Shown: positions 1 to 12,665 of the stretch, piece by piece | Position numbering within the stretch: position 1 is the first letter of the stretch | How the letters are laid out: every line of letters begins with the position of its first letter | NCBI GenBank assembly: GCA_028534125.1 | Contig: CM052816.1 | Span: 75,704,001 to 75,768,000, forward strand | Origin: Lama glama | Taxonomy: Eukaryota | Direction of reading: 5' to 3' | Length of the DNA: 64,000 nucleotides | Program-made: the position numbers and the translations under genes | Notes under the pieces: model-generated | The model's input: only the letters and a program-made list of their open reading frames with translations | What the model was told of the DNA's origin: nothing | Database searches by the model: none

Positions 1-809
1 ATATTGTACCACAGATCTCTATCTAAACTCATCGTGCATAACTGAAACTTTATACTAGTTGATTAAATTTATTTTGAGCCACCGAGTTTGTGGTTAATTG
101 TTAGAATGGTAATGGGGAACTAACACAACGCCTAATCCAGAAAGTCTCCCCTGAATTGCAGTTTGGTCCAAGCACTCATATTGGCCTTCCTTCTCCCAGG
201 CTGCACTCCCCCTCAATCCCCTACTCTCCATCTACCACTTCCATGAGGAGGGGGACTATGAGGACATAGTCATGTTTCTATTCTCAGCTCCTGGAAGAGT
301 CTAGTACTGATTAAGCACCAATCAACTGTCAAAATTAAACCTCTAATTCCCAGACTCGATCTTGTTCCCTTAGTGGTTAGTCAACTACCTTTTCTAATAT
401 TTCACAAGTGACAGGTTATGAATTCTGTTTCCTTTAAAAGCACGCACACTTAGGGTAGTTTTTCCCTATTAACTCTTAAATGATTGGGTTTTTTAAAAAT
501 CATTTTGCGAGGGTAGGGGCTTTCCCAGGTAAGAAGGTTACAATTGGATCAGCGTTTATCAAGGTCTGGGAACCGCCAACACTAAGACTATTAACTGTTT
601 TTTAAAAAGCACAGATTTCCACGTCCTACCCAAAGCAGCTGAAACAGATTTCCTCACGCTGGAGTTCAGAAAACTGTATTTAACAAATTCCACGTGTGAT
701 TCCTTGGCATAATGAGATTTGGGGTCAAGCGATTTGCCTCTAAATTACTATAGTCTGAAAAAAAACATTATTTGCCTTTCTCTCAATATTCTGAGCCCAG
801 TTCCTTAAA

Positions 810-1480
810 GGCCGGTCGTGCCTCCATTCTCCTAGTGAGCATCAACGTGAGCCAAAAAGCTTCCGGCCGGAGTGAGGAGGAACCTGGAGAAGCAAATTGG
901 TTTCTCTCGGATTAGGACTCCAGTCCCATCCCGACCCCGACACAGACGGCGGGACCGATGAAACCGCGCGGGAACCCCAAGGCAGAGTAGCCACACTCTC
1001 CATGCTCTCCATCCGCTCCGGGACCGGATGTGGCCCAGCTCTGACTGAGAAAGCACGAAAGCCGGAGGGAAACAACTGCAGGACAGGGAGTCGAGTTCCG
1101 GCCTAAAGGAGGCTGCAGTGCGAGTCCGGCGGGGATACGCCCACCTTGGTCCCAGGGAGCTGTTAGCTCCGCCCTGCTGAACCCTCTATTGGCCCCACCT
1201 GCCTCCGGCTCCTCCTCTTGCCCCACCCACACTGCGACGACGGACGCTTGAGAACGGTGCACCGCGCTCCGCCGGAAGTACTTTCCTGGACGGAAGCTTT
1301 TGGGCGCGATATAGCGGAAGTACCTTCTCTTCCGGCCTCTTTGCACTCGGCTGCAGAATCGCGATGGTGAGTTGTGTGCAGGGGCTCTTGGAATCGGCTT
1401 CCATCCTCGCCCCCTGCGCCCCGCTCTTTGCTCTCCGTGGGCGCCCCGCGTAGTTTTCAATAAGGGGAGCCGGAGGACAG
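810..1480 (+). promoter_or_regulatory. RPL37: RPL37 CpG-rich promoter with ETS/GABP sites and 5' TOP/TCT pyrimidine tract
   Basis: CpG-rich stretch. GC box CCGCCC 1169-1174; ATTGG 1188-1192; CGGAAG motifs at 1273, 1291, 1315. Pyrimidine tract CCTTCTCTTCC 1323-1333 lies about 40 nt upstream of the ATG, as is typical of ribosomal protein genes. Confidence 0.85.
1364..1366 (+). CDS. RPL37: 60S ribosomal protein L37 (eL37), coding exon 1 (ATG only)
   Basis: gcgATG|gtgagt: start codon immediately followed by a consensus donor; joins exon 2 in frame ([11 protein letters not shown]). Confidence 0.93.
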
Positions 1481-1961
1481 GAAAGGGATGTGTGATTGAC
1501 CTCAAGAGCCAAAAGAATGGCTCCTAATTATCTGGGGGTGCACAGTTAGGACTCGTGGAGCTCCAGCTCTTCTAGGCCCTTTGCTTTTGTCTGGCCTTTG
1601 GAGGGTCCCGCACAGTCATGCCCTCGAATGAGAACTGACGGAAGAAATACGGTTTGACAGTGTTTGGCTGTGAAAGCAAGGGTATCAGGGGTATCAGTTC
1701 GCGGTGGTCCTTGGCAGGAGCTCTTGGGTTTTGAAGTAGGAGAGGGTAGGAAAACCACATTGTCTCGTCTTTCACCTAAGGCTTTTTTTTTTTTTAATAA
1801 TGTAGCAGATTAGAAGACAGCAACTCTTGTGGCAAGCTTCAACATTTAAGAAAACCCCTTGTGATTGTCATTGATTCTTACCAGTAGTTTTTTAAGCTGA
1901 AAACATAAGAATTTGTCTAGAAACTACTAGGTTTTAGAATCGTTTACCCTTTAATTTGTAG

Positions 1962-2237
<276 letters not shown>

Positions 2238-2310
2238 TAAATCCCAAAGAAGACATTCTTAAGTATCTTGAGAAGATGTGTAGGAAAAACCGTTTAGAAC
2301 CTTAACCTGA

Positions 2311-2484
<174 letters not shown>

Positions 2485-3501
2485 TGAAATGTTGCAGGGT
2501 ACTGTTTTCTTCTGCCAACATAAGCTTCGGATGAATTGGTTTAGATTTTACTAATCTTTCAGTAAACAAAAATATGAGCTATAAATGTCTGGAGTGTAGT
2601 TTGAGCTAGACTCTCGAAAATGTGATGACATTTATTAGCGTCCCTGCATTTCAGTATCTTACCAATATTTGTCAAGATAATTGTGCATAAATGAGGTCTT
2701 CACTTTTGTGGCTTTGGGTAAGTGGTTAGAATAGTGTCATAGTTGCTATTGTGTTAGTATAGAAATAAGTTTTACTGTCTTGTTGCTTAAAGACAAGCCT
2801 TAGAGTTTTAATTTCAGCTCTGACCTAGACTTACAGAGGAACTGCATTTTAGTGGTAGTTGCTCATGAGGGCTTAACCCATGTAAGATCTGAACTGAGGT
2901 GATTTCTTTGTTGGGTGGCAGGAGTGTCTTGTGCAGTACAGGATATTTAGCAGAATTTCTAACCGCTACCACTCAATTCCAGATTTTCAGATTTTAAAAG
3001 GTCACAAGACAGTTTGGAGCTTTGTAAACACCCTTAAGTGTGCTTGTGTTCATGTGCTGAGGTGACCTTTCTTTGCACTTTCCTTCTTTGCATTTAAGAC
3101 CATTATGTGGTAGTATGGGCTTAGGGGTCAGTGGCCTGCTTGTTCAGTGGGAGAATTAAGAACGTGAGCTGAAACCATCTTTAACCTGTCTGTCCCTGTG
3201 CAGTTTCCTTTGAGTAGGTGTGAATGTTAAATGAGTTAAGCTGTAAAGTATAGTTAAGCAGTTGAGAAAATACCTACAATTAAACATTTTTCATTGACTG
3301 GCTAAAGGAAAGTAGGATCTCTGGTTCATGGTTTAAGAAGCCATTTTCACAATACCTTAGGAATCTTAAAAAGCAGTGGAGAAATAAGTGGCCCAGTGAT
3401 TAGTACCCCCAAATAAGTTGCCTTTTTGTCAGTTGCACTTAACGATATCCCCTAAGTGGATTATCTTGAAGGAGAAGGAAGTATTTTATTTAAAATACTG
3501 C

Positions 3502-3580
3502 AGCTTATCAGTGATGTTGTAAAAATAAATGTCTGAACATATGAATTCAGTATTGATTTCAACATTTACTGAGATAAGCT
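3502..3580 (+). ncRNA. SNORD72: Box C/D snoRNA SNORD72 in RPL37 intron 3
   Basis: Perfect 8-bp terminal stem AGCTTATC (3502-3509) / GATAAGCT (3573-3580); box C GTGATGT 3511-3517; box D CTGA 3569-3572, about 88 nt upstream of the 3' splice site. RPL37 is the known host of SNORD72. Confidence 0.93.
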
Positions 3581-3634
3581 TGTAAAAATGTTTTAACAAA
3601 AATTAAACCATGTATGTAGACATTGCTGAAGTAA

Positions 3635-3730
<96 letters not shown>

Positions 3731-3752
3731 AGATTTCAGTGATTAGTTGCGC

Positions 3753-3758
3753 AATAAA
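3753..3758 (+). terminator. RPL37: RPL37 polyadenylation signal
   Basis: AATAAA 23 nt after the stop codon, followed by GT/T-rich sequence. Confidence 0.85.
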
Positions 3759-5355
3759 TGTTCTGGTTTTGAAAAATATCTGGTGTGCTAAGGTATTTTT
3801 AATAGGCTTGTAGTATCAATGATTTACTATAGGTTTGGGAATGGGACGACTTCTTAAGTAGCTCTTTTAGAACACTACTTTTGAACTGGGTTGTTGCATT
3901 GCTTAGGAGGACAAGGAACAAGCAGAATTCTGGGATTTCTTCAAGCAGACAACGCTGGAGATAATGTGAAGAATATAATGAATTAACATAGCATAACTTG
4001 GTTTTGAATTTCATAACATTCACCTGTAGTCTGGGAGGTTTCTGTGAGTCCTGCATGAATAGGGGTTTAGAGCACCAGTGAGAACATGAAAGAGAGCTGT
4101 TGAGTTAATTCTGTTTTGGAAGGGTGACCCCAGTATCCAAAATGCTTGTGGGAAAACTAGCATAATACAGCAATGTGGCCAAGCTGTGCTTTCCTAACTT
4201 GTAGCTTCCCATTGTGTTAAGGATAATGTGCTTAAGTTGACCTTGAGGGAGTTTTCATGATCTGCACTGCCTCACCAGCCTGCCTTTACTGCACCTTAGA
4301 GTGCATTCCCCAAATACTAGTTAATAGCTATTCTTAACTGCTAACTTGTCCTTCAGGTCTCAGCTTACATTTACTTGTATAAAAGCCCTTGCTGATCTAA
4401 ATCTACATTGGACTTCAACATATGAGACTCAGTATAATGACTCAGTGCTCTGTACTTGAGGGATGCATAGTTACGTAAGTTTCTGGATACAGTTATGTTT
4501 GTTAGTGTGATTAAACTGTAGGGCTAACAATAACTTTATGGGCTTGTGAGCACAGTAAACAGCTGAGTAAATGCTAGTGCTTTTTTATAGTGGCCACAAC
4601 CTAAAGTTAGTACAAGAGGTTTGAGTTTATGAAATTGCTTTGATGTGCAAAAAATAGCAATTTTAATATATTTTGGATTGAGACTACTGAAACAGTTTGA
4701 CTTGATCTTAAGATCTTTCTGAAATCTTCTAGTGTTGCTAGTGGTTGATAACTAAGTGATGCAGACGCCCATTAAGATAGGAAGATAGGTAATGCCCAGG
4801 ATGGAGGAAGTGATAGACTTTGGGGCAAGTGGGCACTGACCTGAAGACCTTGTAATTTCTGAGTCCTGTGTTAGAAAAAGCAATTAGCATACAGGGGTTG
4901 CATGAGATGGGCAGTGATGCAGTAAGACAGGCCTGTGTTTTTTGAGCATAAGGTGAGCTTACCTTGCTTGCCAGTACACTGCGTATGGCCCTTAACAGAT
5001 TAGGTTTCAGTGGGAAATTACTCTGGTGCAGTGGAATCCCATGCAGCAGAGGAGTCACAGACCAATTGAATCTGCTTCAATCACAGTTAATTTTAAAGCC
5101 CAGGGAGAGGCAGTGGGAAAGATGGAGCTGGGCTAACAACATTCAGTGTAGAGCGCAAACAGGTAGATTCAGTTGCTCATTGAAGACTAGTTTGCAGAGA
5201 GTCCATCTCTGGCATACAACATGTCTTGAAAACCAGAGTTGGTTTGGGCAGTGGATCAGTCTGACAAAGGATGCCTTGGGCTAATGCCACAGCTAAGGAA
5301 TTTGTGTTCCTTGGGCAGAGGGTACTCAGGACCAGATGGTTGTCTTCATAACTTG

Positions 5356-5855
5356 NNNNNNNNNNNNNNNNNNNNNNNNNNNNNNNNNNNNNNNNNNNNN
5401 NNNNNNNNNNNNNNNNNNNNNNNNNNNNNNNNNNNNNNNNNNNNNNNNNNNNNNNNNNNNNNNNNNNNNNNNNNNNNNNNNNNNNNNNNNNNNNNNNNNN
5501 NNNNNNNNNNNNNNNNNNNNNNNNNNNNNNNNNNNNNNNNNNNNNNNNNNNNNNNNNNNNNNNNNNNNNNNNNNNNNNNNNNNNNNNNNNNNNNNNNNNN
5601 NNNNNNNNNNNNNNNNNNNNNNNNNNNNNNNNNNNNNNNNNNNNNNNNNNNNNNNNNNNNNNNNNNNNNNNNNNNNNNNNNNNNNNNNNNNNNNNNNNNN
5701 NNNNNNNNNNNNNNNNNNNNNNNNNNNNNNNNNNNNNNNNNNNNNNNNNNNNNNNNNNNNNNNNNNNNNNNNNNNNNNNNNNNNNNNNNNNNNNNNNNNN
5801 NNNNNNNNNNNNNNNNNNNNNNNNNNNNNNNNNNNNNNNNNNNNNNNNNNNNNNN
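5356..5855. other. Assembly gap (500 N)
   Basis: Run of exactly 500 N. Confidence 0.99.
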
Positions 5856-8800
5856 AATAGACAAGGATCCTTCTCTGACAAAGATTTCAATTGTGTGTGT
5901 GCATACGCGTGCATTGTGTTGGGTGACAGACCGAGAACAGGTAAGCAATTCAGGTGGTAATAACTGCTGTGAAGACAAAAATGTGGTAATAGTGGGCTGG
6001 AGAAACTTTAAGGAAGGTGCTTAAGAAAGTTCTATGATAATGAGCCAGCCCTGCAAAGGTAAGAACAGACATTCAGGTAGGGAGATTGTTCTCAAACTTG
6101 TGAATTCTAAGTTGGTTGCAAAGTTTAACCTTGCTACAATTAGCTGAAACTTTCTAATACTGTATATTCACCTGAGAAAAAGTAATGCATTATAGAATTG
6201 TTTTACTTGTTTCAAAGAAAGCTTTCTCTTCACACAGTACATACGGATTATGTTTTTTGGTTTTCTCAAAACAAGATAGTTTGATAAGATTCAATCATAA
6301 GCACAGGGCATTCAACCTCAGAAACCAAGAATGGAATTTGAAGCAAACACTTCCTTGCATAGTAAGGTTGAGGGATGTTTTGTCAGAGAAAATACCAGTG
6401 AAAAATGATTCTTCTGTAGTATGTGAGTGGTTTATAGAACAGGCGTGGTATGTGGATTGAGACAAAAAAAAAAAAGCTTCATTTTTGTGTCCTTTATATA
6501 GTGGAAATATACTTCAGTGCCCCCAGGATGAAGACTTGGTATCACCCTTGTATTTTTAGATCACTCAAAGATAATAAAAAATGTCTTCAGTCATGATTAT
6601 TTGTAAAAAGTTTTATTTCAGTAAGTAAAATGTCTGATCCTGTGTAATAGTCAATTCAAAGTTGACTTAACCTTAAGTCACATCTTCCCACTTGGGCCTC
6701 CTCTGAGCTGGAGCCAACAGTGGAGAAGGAGGTTTGATCTCTCTGATCTCAGCCTTCTCTCTGTATTCTCTGAGGCCTGTGAGCTGCGCTTTACCTCCTT
6801 ACTGGGGTTAGAGTAGATAAGAGAAGGAAGGAGAGGTGAGGGGATGGGGTGGTTCTTCCTTGGCTGGGTGGATAGACAGCATCTGGACCCACAAGATGAT
6901 TAAACTTTTTCTCTTGGGCATTTGTATGACTTCTATAGTTCCCATCTTAATTCAAAATCATCTTTTGTGATCATTGCTAGCCCCTAGGATCGAACCTCTT
7001 AAGTTTTCTCTACCTCTGAGTGTCCTATAGACAGGATCCAAAATTATCCCATGCTGTCTGTCTCCTGAGTGGCCCACATCTGATCCCCAGGAGACAGGCC
7101 CACATCCCTGGCCTGAACAAATTCTTAAGTGCAGGGAGATTTTGTGGCAGCAGCCCTCTCCCAGGCCCCCACCAAAACAGTTGCAGGAAACAAATTTCAG
7201 AGCTCTCAGAGTGGTTCCATTGAAGTTCCCTTTACCAGATTTAGAGCTAGAAGGTAGTAACCTCCTTTTCCAAGAAGGTTGGGTTGAATGCTAAAAACTC
7301 CTAAAAACATAATTTACCGGTCTCTCCCTTAGACCCCTGTATATCCTTGATCTGGCTGAGGATTCTAAAAGCTGTAACCAGGTTCTTGGATACATTTCCC
7401 ATGTGTGTGTCTCATTTGGTAGTTCCCCAAGCAAGAAGAGCCCTATTCTGAGAGCATGCTAATTTATATGGCTCTGCAAATAAAAGTCTAGTGCATGTAA
7501 AGTGTTTACGTTGCTCTGAAAAATGTTTAAAATGATTTGAACTCTAGAGTTACTATGTGGAGAAAAAAGTCCTTTAGGCGAACGGTCTTAAAAAAAAAAA
7601 AAAGACAACTGGTGAAACGGGGTATTGAAGAAAGATCCAGCTTTAAGTTAGGGCAGGTGGTAGAGGTGGCTAAGGAGGAAGCAAATGGTATTGACACCAA
7701 CTGGCAAACAGTACTGTTTCAGAAACACGACTATCTTGGGTGAATGGGGGGAAGGAAGGCTTGGCAGTATATGGTTCAGCCACCTCAGAGTGGAGAAGGC
7801 ACAGAGCAGAAACTGTTTATGGTCCCTGTGCTGCAAGGGAGCTGTCCTCAGTGGAGAAGCAGCTCCCCAAGCAGGAGAGACAGGAAGCAGGAAGCCTCAG
7901 AAGTGCTGCCCAATTAGGGCTGGCTCTGGAGAGAGAAACCTCTGGGAACATGCCCTGTGAGGTAGCACAGCGTGGCACAGTGCTTTTAGAGTTTCAAGAG
8001 ACTTGAGATGATGTAATAAAACTCCTTTATTCTGGAGAGGAGCAAACTGAGGCACAGAGAGTTTATTTGTTAAATTTGTATATATTTTCTTTCTCTGGTG
8101 ATAAAGATTCTGACAACAGTGAGTACTGTTAGAATGCATTGCTTTAATAAAGACATTGTACAATGTAAAATTCCTTTTGTAGCCAATCTGTCTTCATTAA
8201 ATATAATCCTTACTGATCTAAGGCCTTGATGTGGAACCACAGTACTAATTACATCATAAAGTACAGAGATCTAAGATACCACTTACATATGTAATTTTAG
8301 CCTTGGATTAATGTCTTAAAAGGTAATAATAGCAAGCCGTTTTCCAGTCATCTTGATCAGAGCAGATCTGCCCTTTCCTGATTTCCTCCCACTCGCCCCC
8401 CATCCTTTGGGAATATATTACAGAGTAAAATTGTCAATAGTTTTAAATTTTTTTTAACACTTTTAAATTTTTAATAAATTCCATATTCATCAAAGAGACA
8501 AATCTTAGAATCTGAATAGATGAATTATAGGCAGATTTAAAGACAGTTACCACATTATGCCTTCTGGCATTTTTCAACTACTTGAGTTTAGGCCAATGCT
8601 AAAATCTATAGATGCAAGCATAGACAGGCATTTAATACTGGCAAATAGGAAAATTTCACTTATTGGACTAAAACGTAATCATTATATAAATACCAGAAGT
8701 AACATAATAGAGTATACAAATATAAACATCCAATAAAAATTTTTGGTAGTGAGGGTTCAATGAGGAGATGAATCACATAGTAATTCTCTAGAATGGTAAT

Positions 8801-9314
8801 TCTCTAGAATACAGGAGAAGCAGAAATAAGGAGAGGCCCCTACCCCTAGAGCTCAGATAGAGCACCCAAGGAACAGGCTTCCCCACGCTGGGAGTTGAGA
8901 TCCAGATGTCAGAGAAGGTGCAGCACAGCTCACTGGATGTGGAAGTGTCTTGCTTCTGGACTTGCAAGAAAGCCACCAGAGGGATGACACTGGGGAAGCC
9001 ATTCATGGGGAGGTGCCTTGCTCAACAGTGTTCTGCTGTGAAGCTGCCAGAAGGGGATCTGAGAGAAGCTTCTGGTCATTAGAGGCCTTTGGCCAGTGCA
9101 CATGCAGGAACCTGGCACTGGAGAAGCCACCAACACTGCAGGGGCCTGACAGAAAGCCCCCCGTACTGTAGGAACTTGGCCCAGGAGAAACTGTAGGCCT
9201 CTTTCTGAACCACCAAGAATCATTTTGTTACAGCTCTAGAGCTCTTTGTCAGATTCAACCTGAGTAAATTCTGTGCTGAGCTGGCCGATATAAATATCTA
9301 AAATGAGCTAGAAA

Positions 9315-9612
9315 AGCACTGTCTAGTAGAAATACAACGTGAGCCAGAAATGCAAAGCACAGATGTAGTTGTAAGTTTTCTAAAGCCACATCTAAAAATG
9401 TAAAGTGAAGCTAATTTTAATAGTATGTTTTGTTTAGACAATTATGCCCAACATAGTATCATTTATGTAATTAGTATAAGAATTGAGATATTTTGCATTC
9501 TTTTTTTTTATACTAAGTCTTAAAAATACAGTGTGCATTCTATGCTCTCAGTACATCTCAGTTCAGACTAGCTGTGGGTGGCTGGCGGTTACCCTACTGG
9601 GTAGCACACACC
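9315..9612. mobile_element. hAT-Charlie MITE, MER33/MER3-like
   Basis: Recognisable motifs CTGTCTAGTAGAAATACAACGTGAGCCA ... ACATCTCAGTTCAGACTAGC ... GTGGCTGGCGGTTACC (family by recall). Confidence 0.6.
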
Positions 9613-10415
9613 TAGACAATAACAAGTTTAGTGTTCTGGGGTTGAGTGATCATTTGGTAAAGTTGTCTTCATCTAAAATAATACTGCATTCACCATGTAA
9701 ATATATAGATAAAATCAAAACACACAAAGTTACTAGCTTTTAGGTCAGTTAATTAAGCCCAGATTTTTAACCTGTAAAATAGTAGATCTCTGTACCTACC
9801 TCGTAGCATTGTTTGTTTTGAAGTGTTGCTATGAGAATAACAGGAGATGGAGATATAAAGTGTTTATGCTGCCTGGCACAGAGTAAGAGTCTGATAAATG
9901 TTGGTGATCATTATTATTACTAAGTAGGTAATATTCCTGGGTAATGGGTATCACTTTGACAATAGCAGGAAGACAAAGCCCTACAGACAACATGTACCTT
10001 GGTGAATTCCCCAAGGTCGGCAGTCTATGCTATATGCCATAGACTCTATAGCACGATATGCTCCGAAATTTGATTTGATCAGAATAAGGAGGGTGGCTTA
10101 TCTCAGTGAAGCTCATGCCAACCAAGTCATCAGGATGAATGTATATTAAACAAACTTATTTTTAACAACATTCTATCTACAAATGTAAATCGTACACTGT
10201 GTATGTGCCAGGCGCTGTTCTAGGCATTGGGAATACATCAGTGAACCAAGAAGGGTAGGAAGAAGGTAGAGTGGTTATGGATAAGCCCAAGTCATGTTTA
10301 AAACAAAATTACAATCAACTCATTATCCAGGTAGGGATGGGTTAACCATTTGGGATTATCTATAATTGAGGTTTAGAAGCTACTTGGTGAAGATTAGGTT
10401 GAAAAGCAGAGAGAG

Positions 10416-10486
10416 CAGAGAAGGCATGGCCTGAGATGCTTACCACCTGAACAGAGAAGGCGTGGCCTGAGATGCTTACCACCTGA
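10416..10486. repeat. Tandem duplication, 36-bp period, 2 copies
   Basis: CAGAGAAGGC(A/G)TGGCCTGAGATGCTTACCACCTGA at 10416-10450 and 10452-10486, one mismatch. Confidence 0.95.
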
Positions 10487-11149
10487 GCCCAGGTTCAACC
10501 TCAAGGTCTTACTTTTCCCACCTACTCAACTTCTCCACCATACCATGCACTTCATCTGCCTCCATAGTTAATCAACAAACTGATTAATCCACTCCCAGAT
10601 AATTAAGAGTTGTTTGAAAATAGGCTTGCCAATTGATCAAAAGTAAAACTGTCAAAACAGGCACAATGCTCCTCGTGGCCTGACAAACACTCTCTTTAAC
10701 TCTGACAGCACTCTTAACTTCTGTGTTCTTGAGGAAGCACCTCTCTCTAGCTTACAGGAACTGACCAAAGAGGAAAGTAGGAAATCTTTGCTTTAACACA
10801 TGGCCCCAAGGCACTGTTTATGATCAGACACAGTACCTTAGAACACAGCCAAGCACAGCCCAATTAATTACGCTATAAGGCTTACCTAAATGGATCTGGA
10901 CCTCAAACTAGACCCAATCACTAGGGGAAGCACGATCCAGCACTCCCAGTTCTAAACATGTACCCTACACAAGTACGGTCACAAAGGCACAAAGTTATAT
11001 GCCTACAGACACTTGTTGCATTATTTGTAATAAAAAAAAATAGAAACAACTAAATCCCCTAAGTAGAGGTTTAGTTAAATAAATTACAGTACATCCTTAC
11101 AACGAATAGCAATATAGCTGTTTAAAACAAAACAAAAACCATAAAAAGG

Positions 11150-12665
11150 GCCTTACTATAAAGCTACAGTAGTCAAGAAGTATAGTACTGGTATAAGAGT
11201 AGATATAAATGAGTGGAACATTAAATAGAGTCCAGAAATAGGTCCATAAATATATGTAATTTGATTTTTAACAAAGGCACCAAGGTAACTCAGTGGAGAA
11301 AGAATAGTCTTAACAAATAGTCCTGGAACAATGAATGCATATGCAAAAAAAAATTTTTAATGAAAATAAAGGAATTTCAAAATTTGTCTTGGATTATGAC
11401 GTCAAGATGGATCAAAGGTCTAAATGTAAAACCTAAAGCTATTAAGACTGAGAAAAACAGAAGAAAATTTTGTGACCTTGGGTTAGGCAAAGATTTCTTA
11501 GATATGGCATATGAGCACAATCTATAAAAGAAAAAAATGGTAAGTTGAACTTCATCAAAACTAAATATTTCTATTCTTCACAAGTCAGAATTAAGGGGGA
11601 AGGGTATATAGCTCAAATGGTAGCGCACATGTTTAGCATGCACAAAGTCCTGGGAGGTCCTGGGTTCAGTCCCCAGTACCTCCTTCAAATATAAATAAAT
11701 AAACAAACTTAATCACTTTCCCTCATAAAACAAACAAACAAACACTTTAAAAAGGTCAGAATTAAGAAAATACAAACATAACATTCAGGCTTGGAGAAAA
11801 TATATGCAAAACATGATAAATGATTTGTATTCAGAAGAACTTAATAATTCAAAAAAATGCCCAATTTTTAAAGTGGGCAAAAGATTTGAACAGATAGTTT
11901 ACCAAAGAATGAATATGCCTGGCAAATAAACACGTGACAAGATGCTGAACATCAATATCAGGAAGTGCAAATGAAAACCACAATGACACAGCACTACACA
12001 TCTACTACAATAGCTAACGTTAAATAAAACTGACAATACCAAGCGCTAATAAGGAAAAACCGCTCAGTCACTGCTGGTGGAAGTGCAAAATGGCATAGCC
12101 ATTTTAGAAAACAATTTGGCTGCTTCTTATAAAGTTAAACATACACCTACTATACAGCCCCAGCAATTCCACTCTTGAGTATTCAAAAGAAATGAAAATG
12201 CAGACACTTATACGTGAATGTTTATAACAAGCTATTCCTGTTCCAAGAATTACAAACAACACAAACATCATAATAAGAGAATGGATAAATAACTTTTGGA
12301 TTATCCACACAATGAAATACTATTCAGCAATAGGAAGCAGTGAGCTACTGACACATGCAACAACATGGATGAGTCTCAGAAGTGTTAGGCTAAGTGAAAG
12401 AAGCTGGATGCAAAAGGCTATATATTGTATGATTTTTCTTTATATGACATTTTGAGAAAAACAAAATTATAGTGACAGAAATGAAAAGGGCACAGGGAAT
12501 ATTGGGGAGTGGTGCAAGTATTCTGTATCTTGATTGTGGTGGTGTTTACACAATTGTATACATTTTTACATTTTACAAAAATGTATACATTTTTTCAAAT
12601 CTTGTTGAAATCTATATCTAAAAAGAGTGAATTTTATCGTATGTAAATTACACTTCAATAAACTC
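11150..12665 (+). mobile_element. Ancient L1 (L1M) ORF2 3' part and 3'UTR, degenerate, interrupted by a SINE
   Basis: A-rich, with L1 ORF2-like motifs (TACTATAAAGCTACAGTAGTCAAG, GAGTCCAGAAATAG, TTGGGTTAGGCAAAGATTTCTTAG, CCAGCAATTCCACTC, ATGGATGAGTCTC); ends near AATAAA at about 12657. No long ORF. Confidence 0.8.
11596..11754 (+). mobile_element. tRNA-Ala-derived SINE (camelid Vic-1-like)
   Basis: GGGGAAGGGTATATAGCTCAAATGGTAG...GGTTCAGTCCCCAGTACCTCC plus A-rich tail; TSD GTCAGAATTAAG at 11584-11595 and 11755-11766. Confidence 0.9.

Noticed and set aside
832..1512. ORFs of 69-197 aa around the RPL37 promoter
   Set aside because: Stop-poor GC-rich CpG island, overlapping frames on both strands, no recognisable protein.
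2623..2720. Possible second C/D snoRNA in RPL37 intron 3 (GTGATGA at 2623)
   Set aside because: No CTGA box D or terminal stem at a suitable distance; the next CTGA I see is about 200 nt away.
5177..6024. Long ORFs of 174-261 aa
   Set aside because: Artefacts of reading through the 500-N gap.
8780..8810. GTAATTCTCTAGAAT duplicated with 16-bp period as a heat-shock element
   Set aside because: Does not form three correctly spaced inverted nGAAn units and is far from a promoter; treated as a micro-duplication.
10416..10486. 36-bp direct repeat as a CRISPR-like array
   Set aside because: Only two directly adjacent copies, no spacer and no cas genes.
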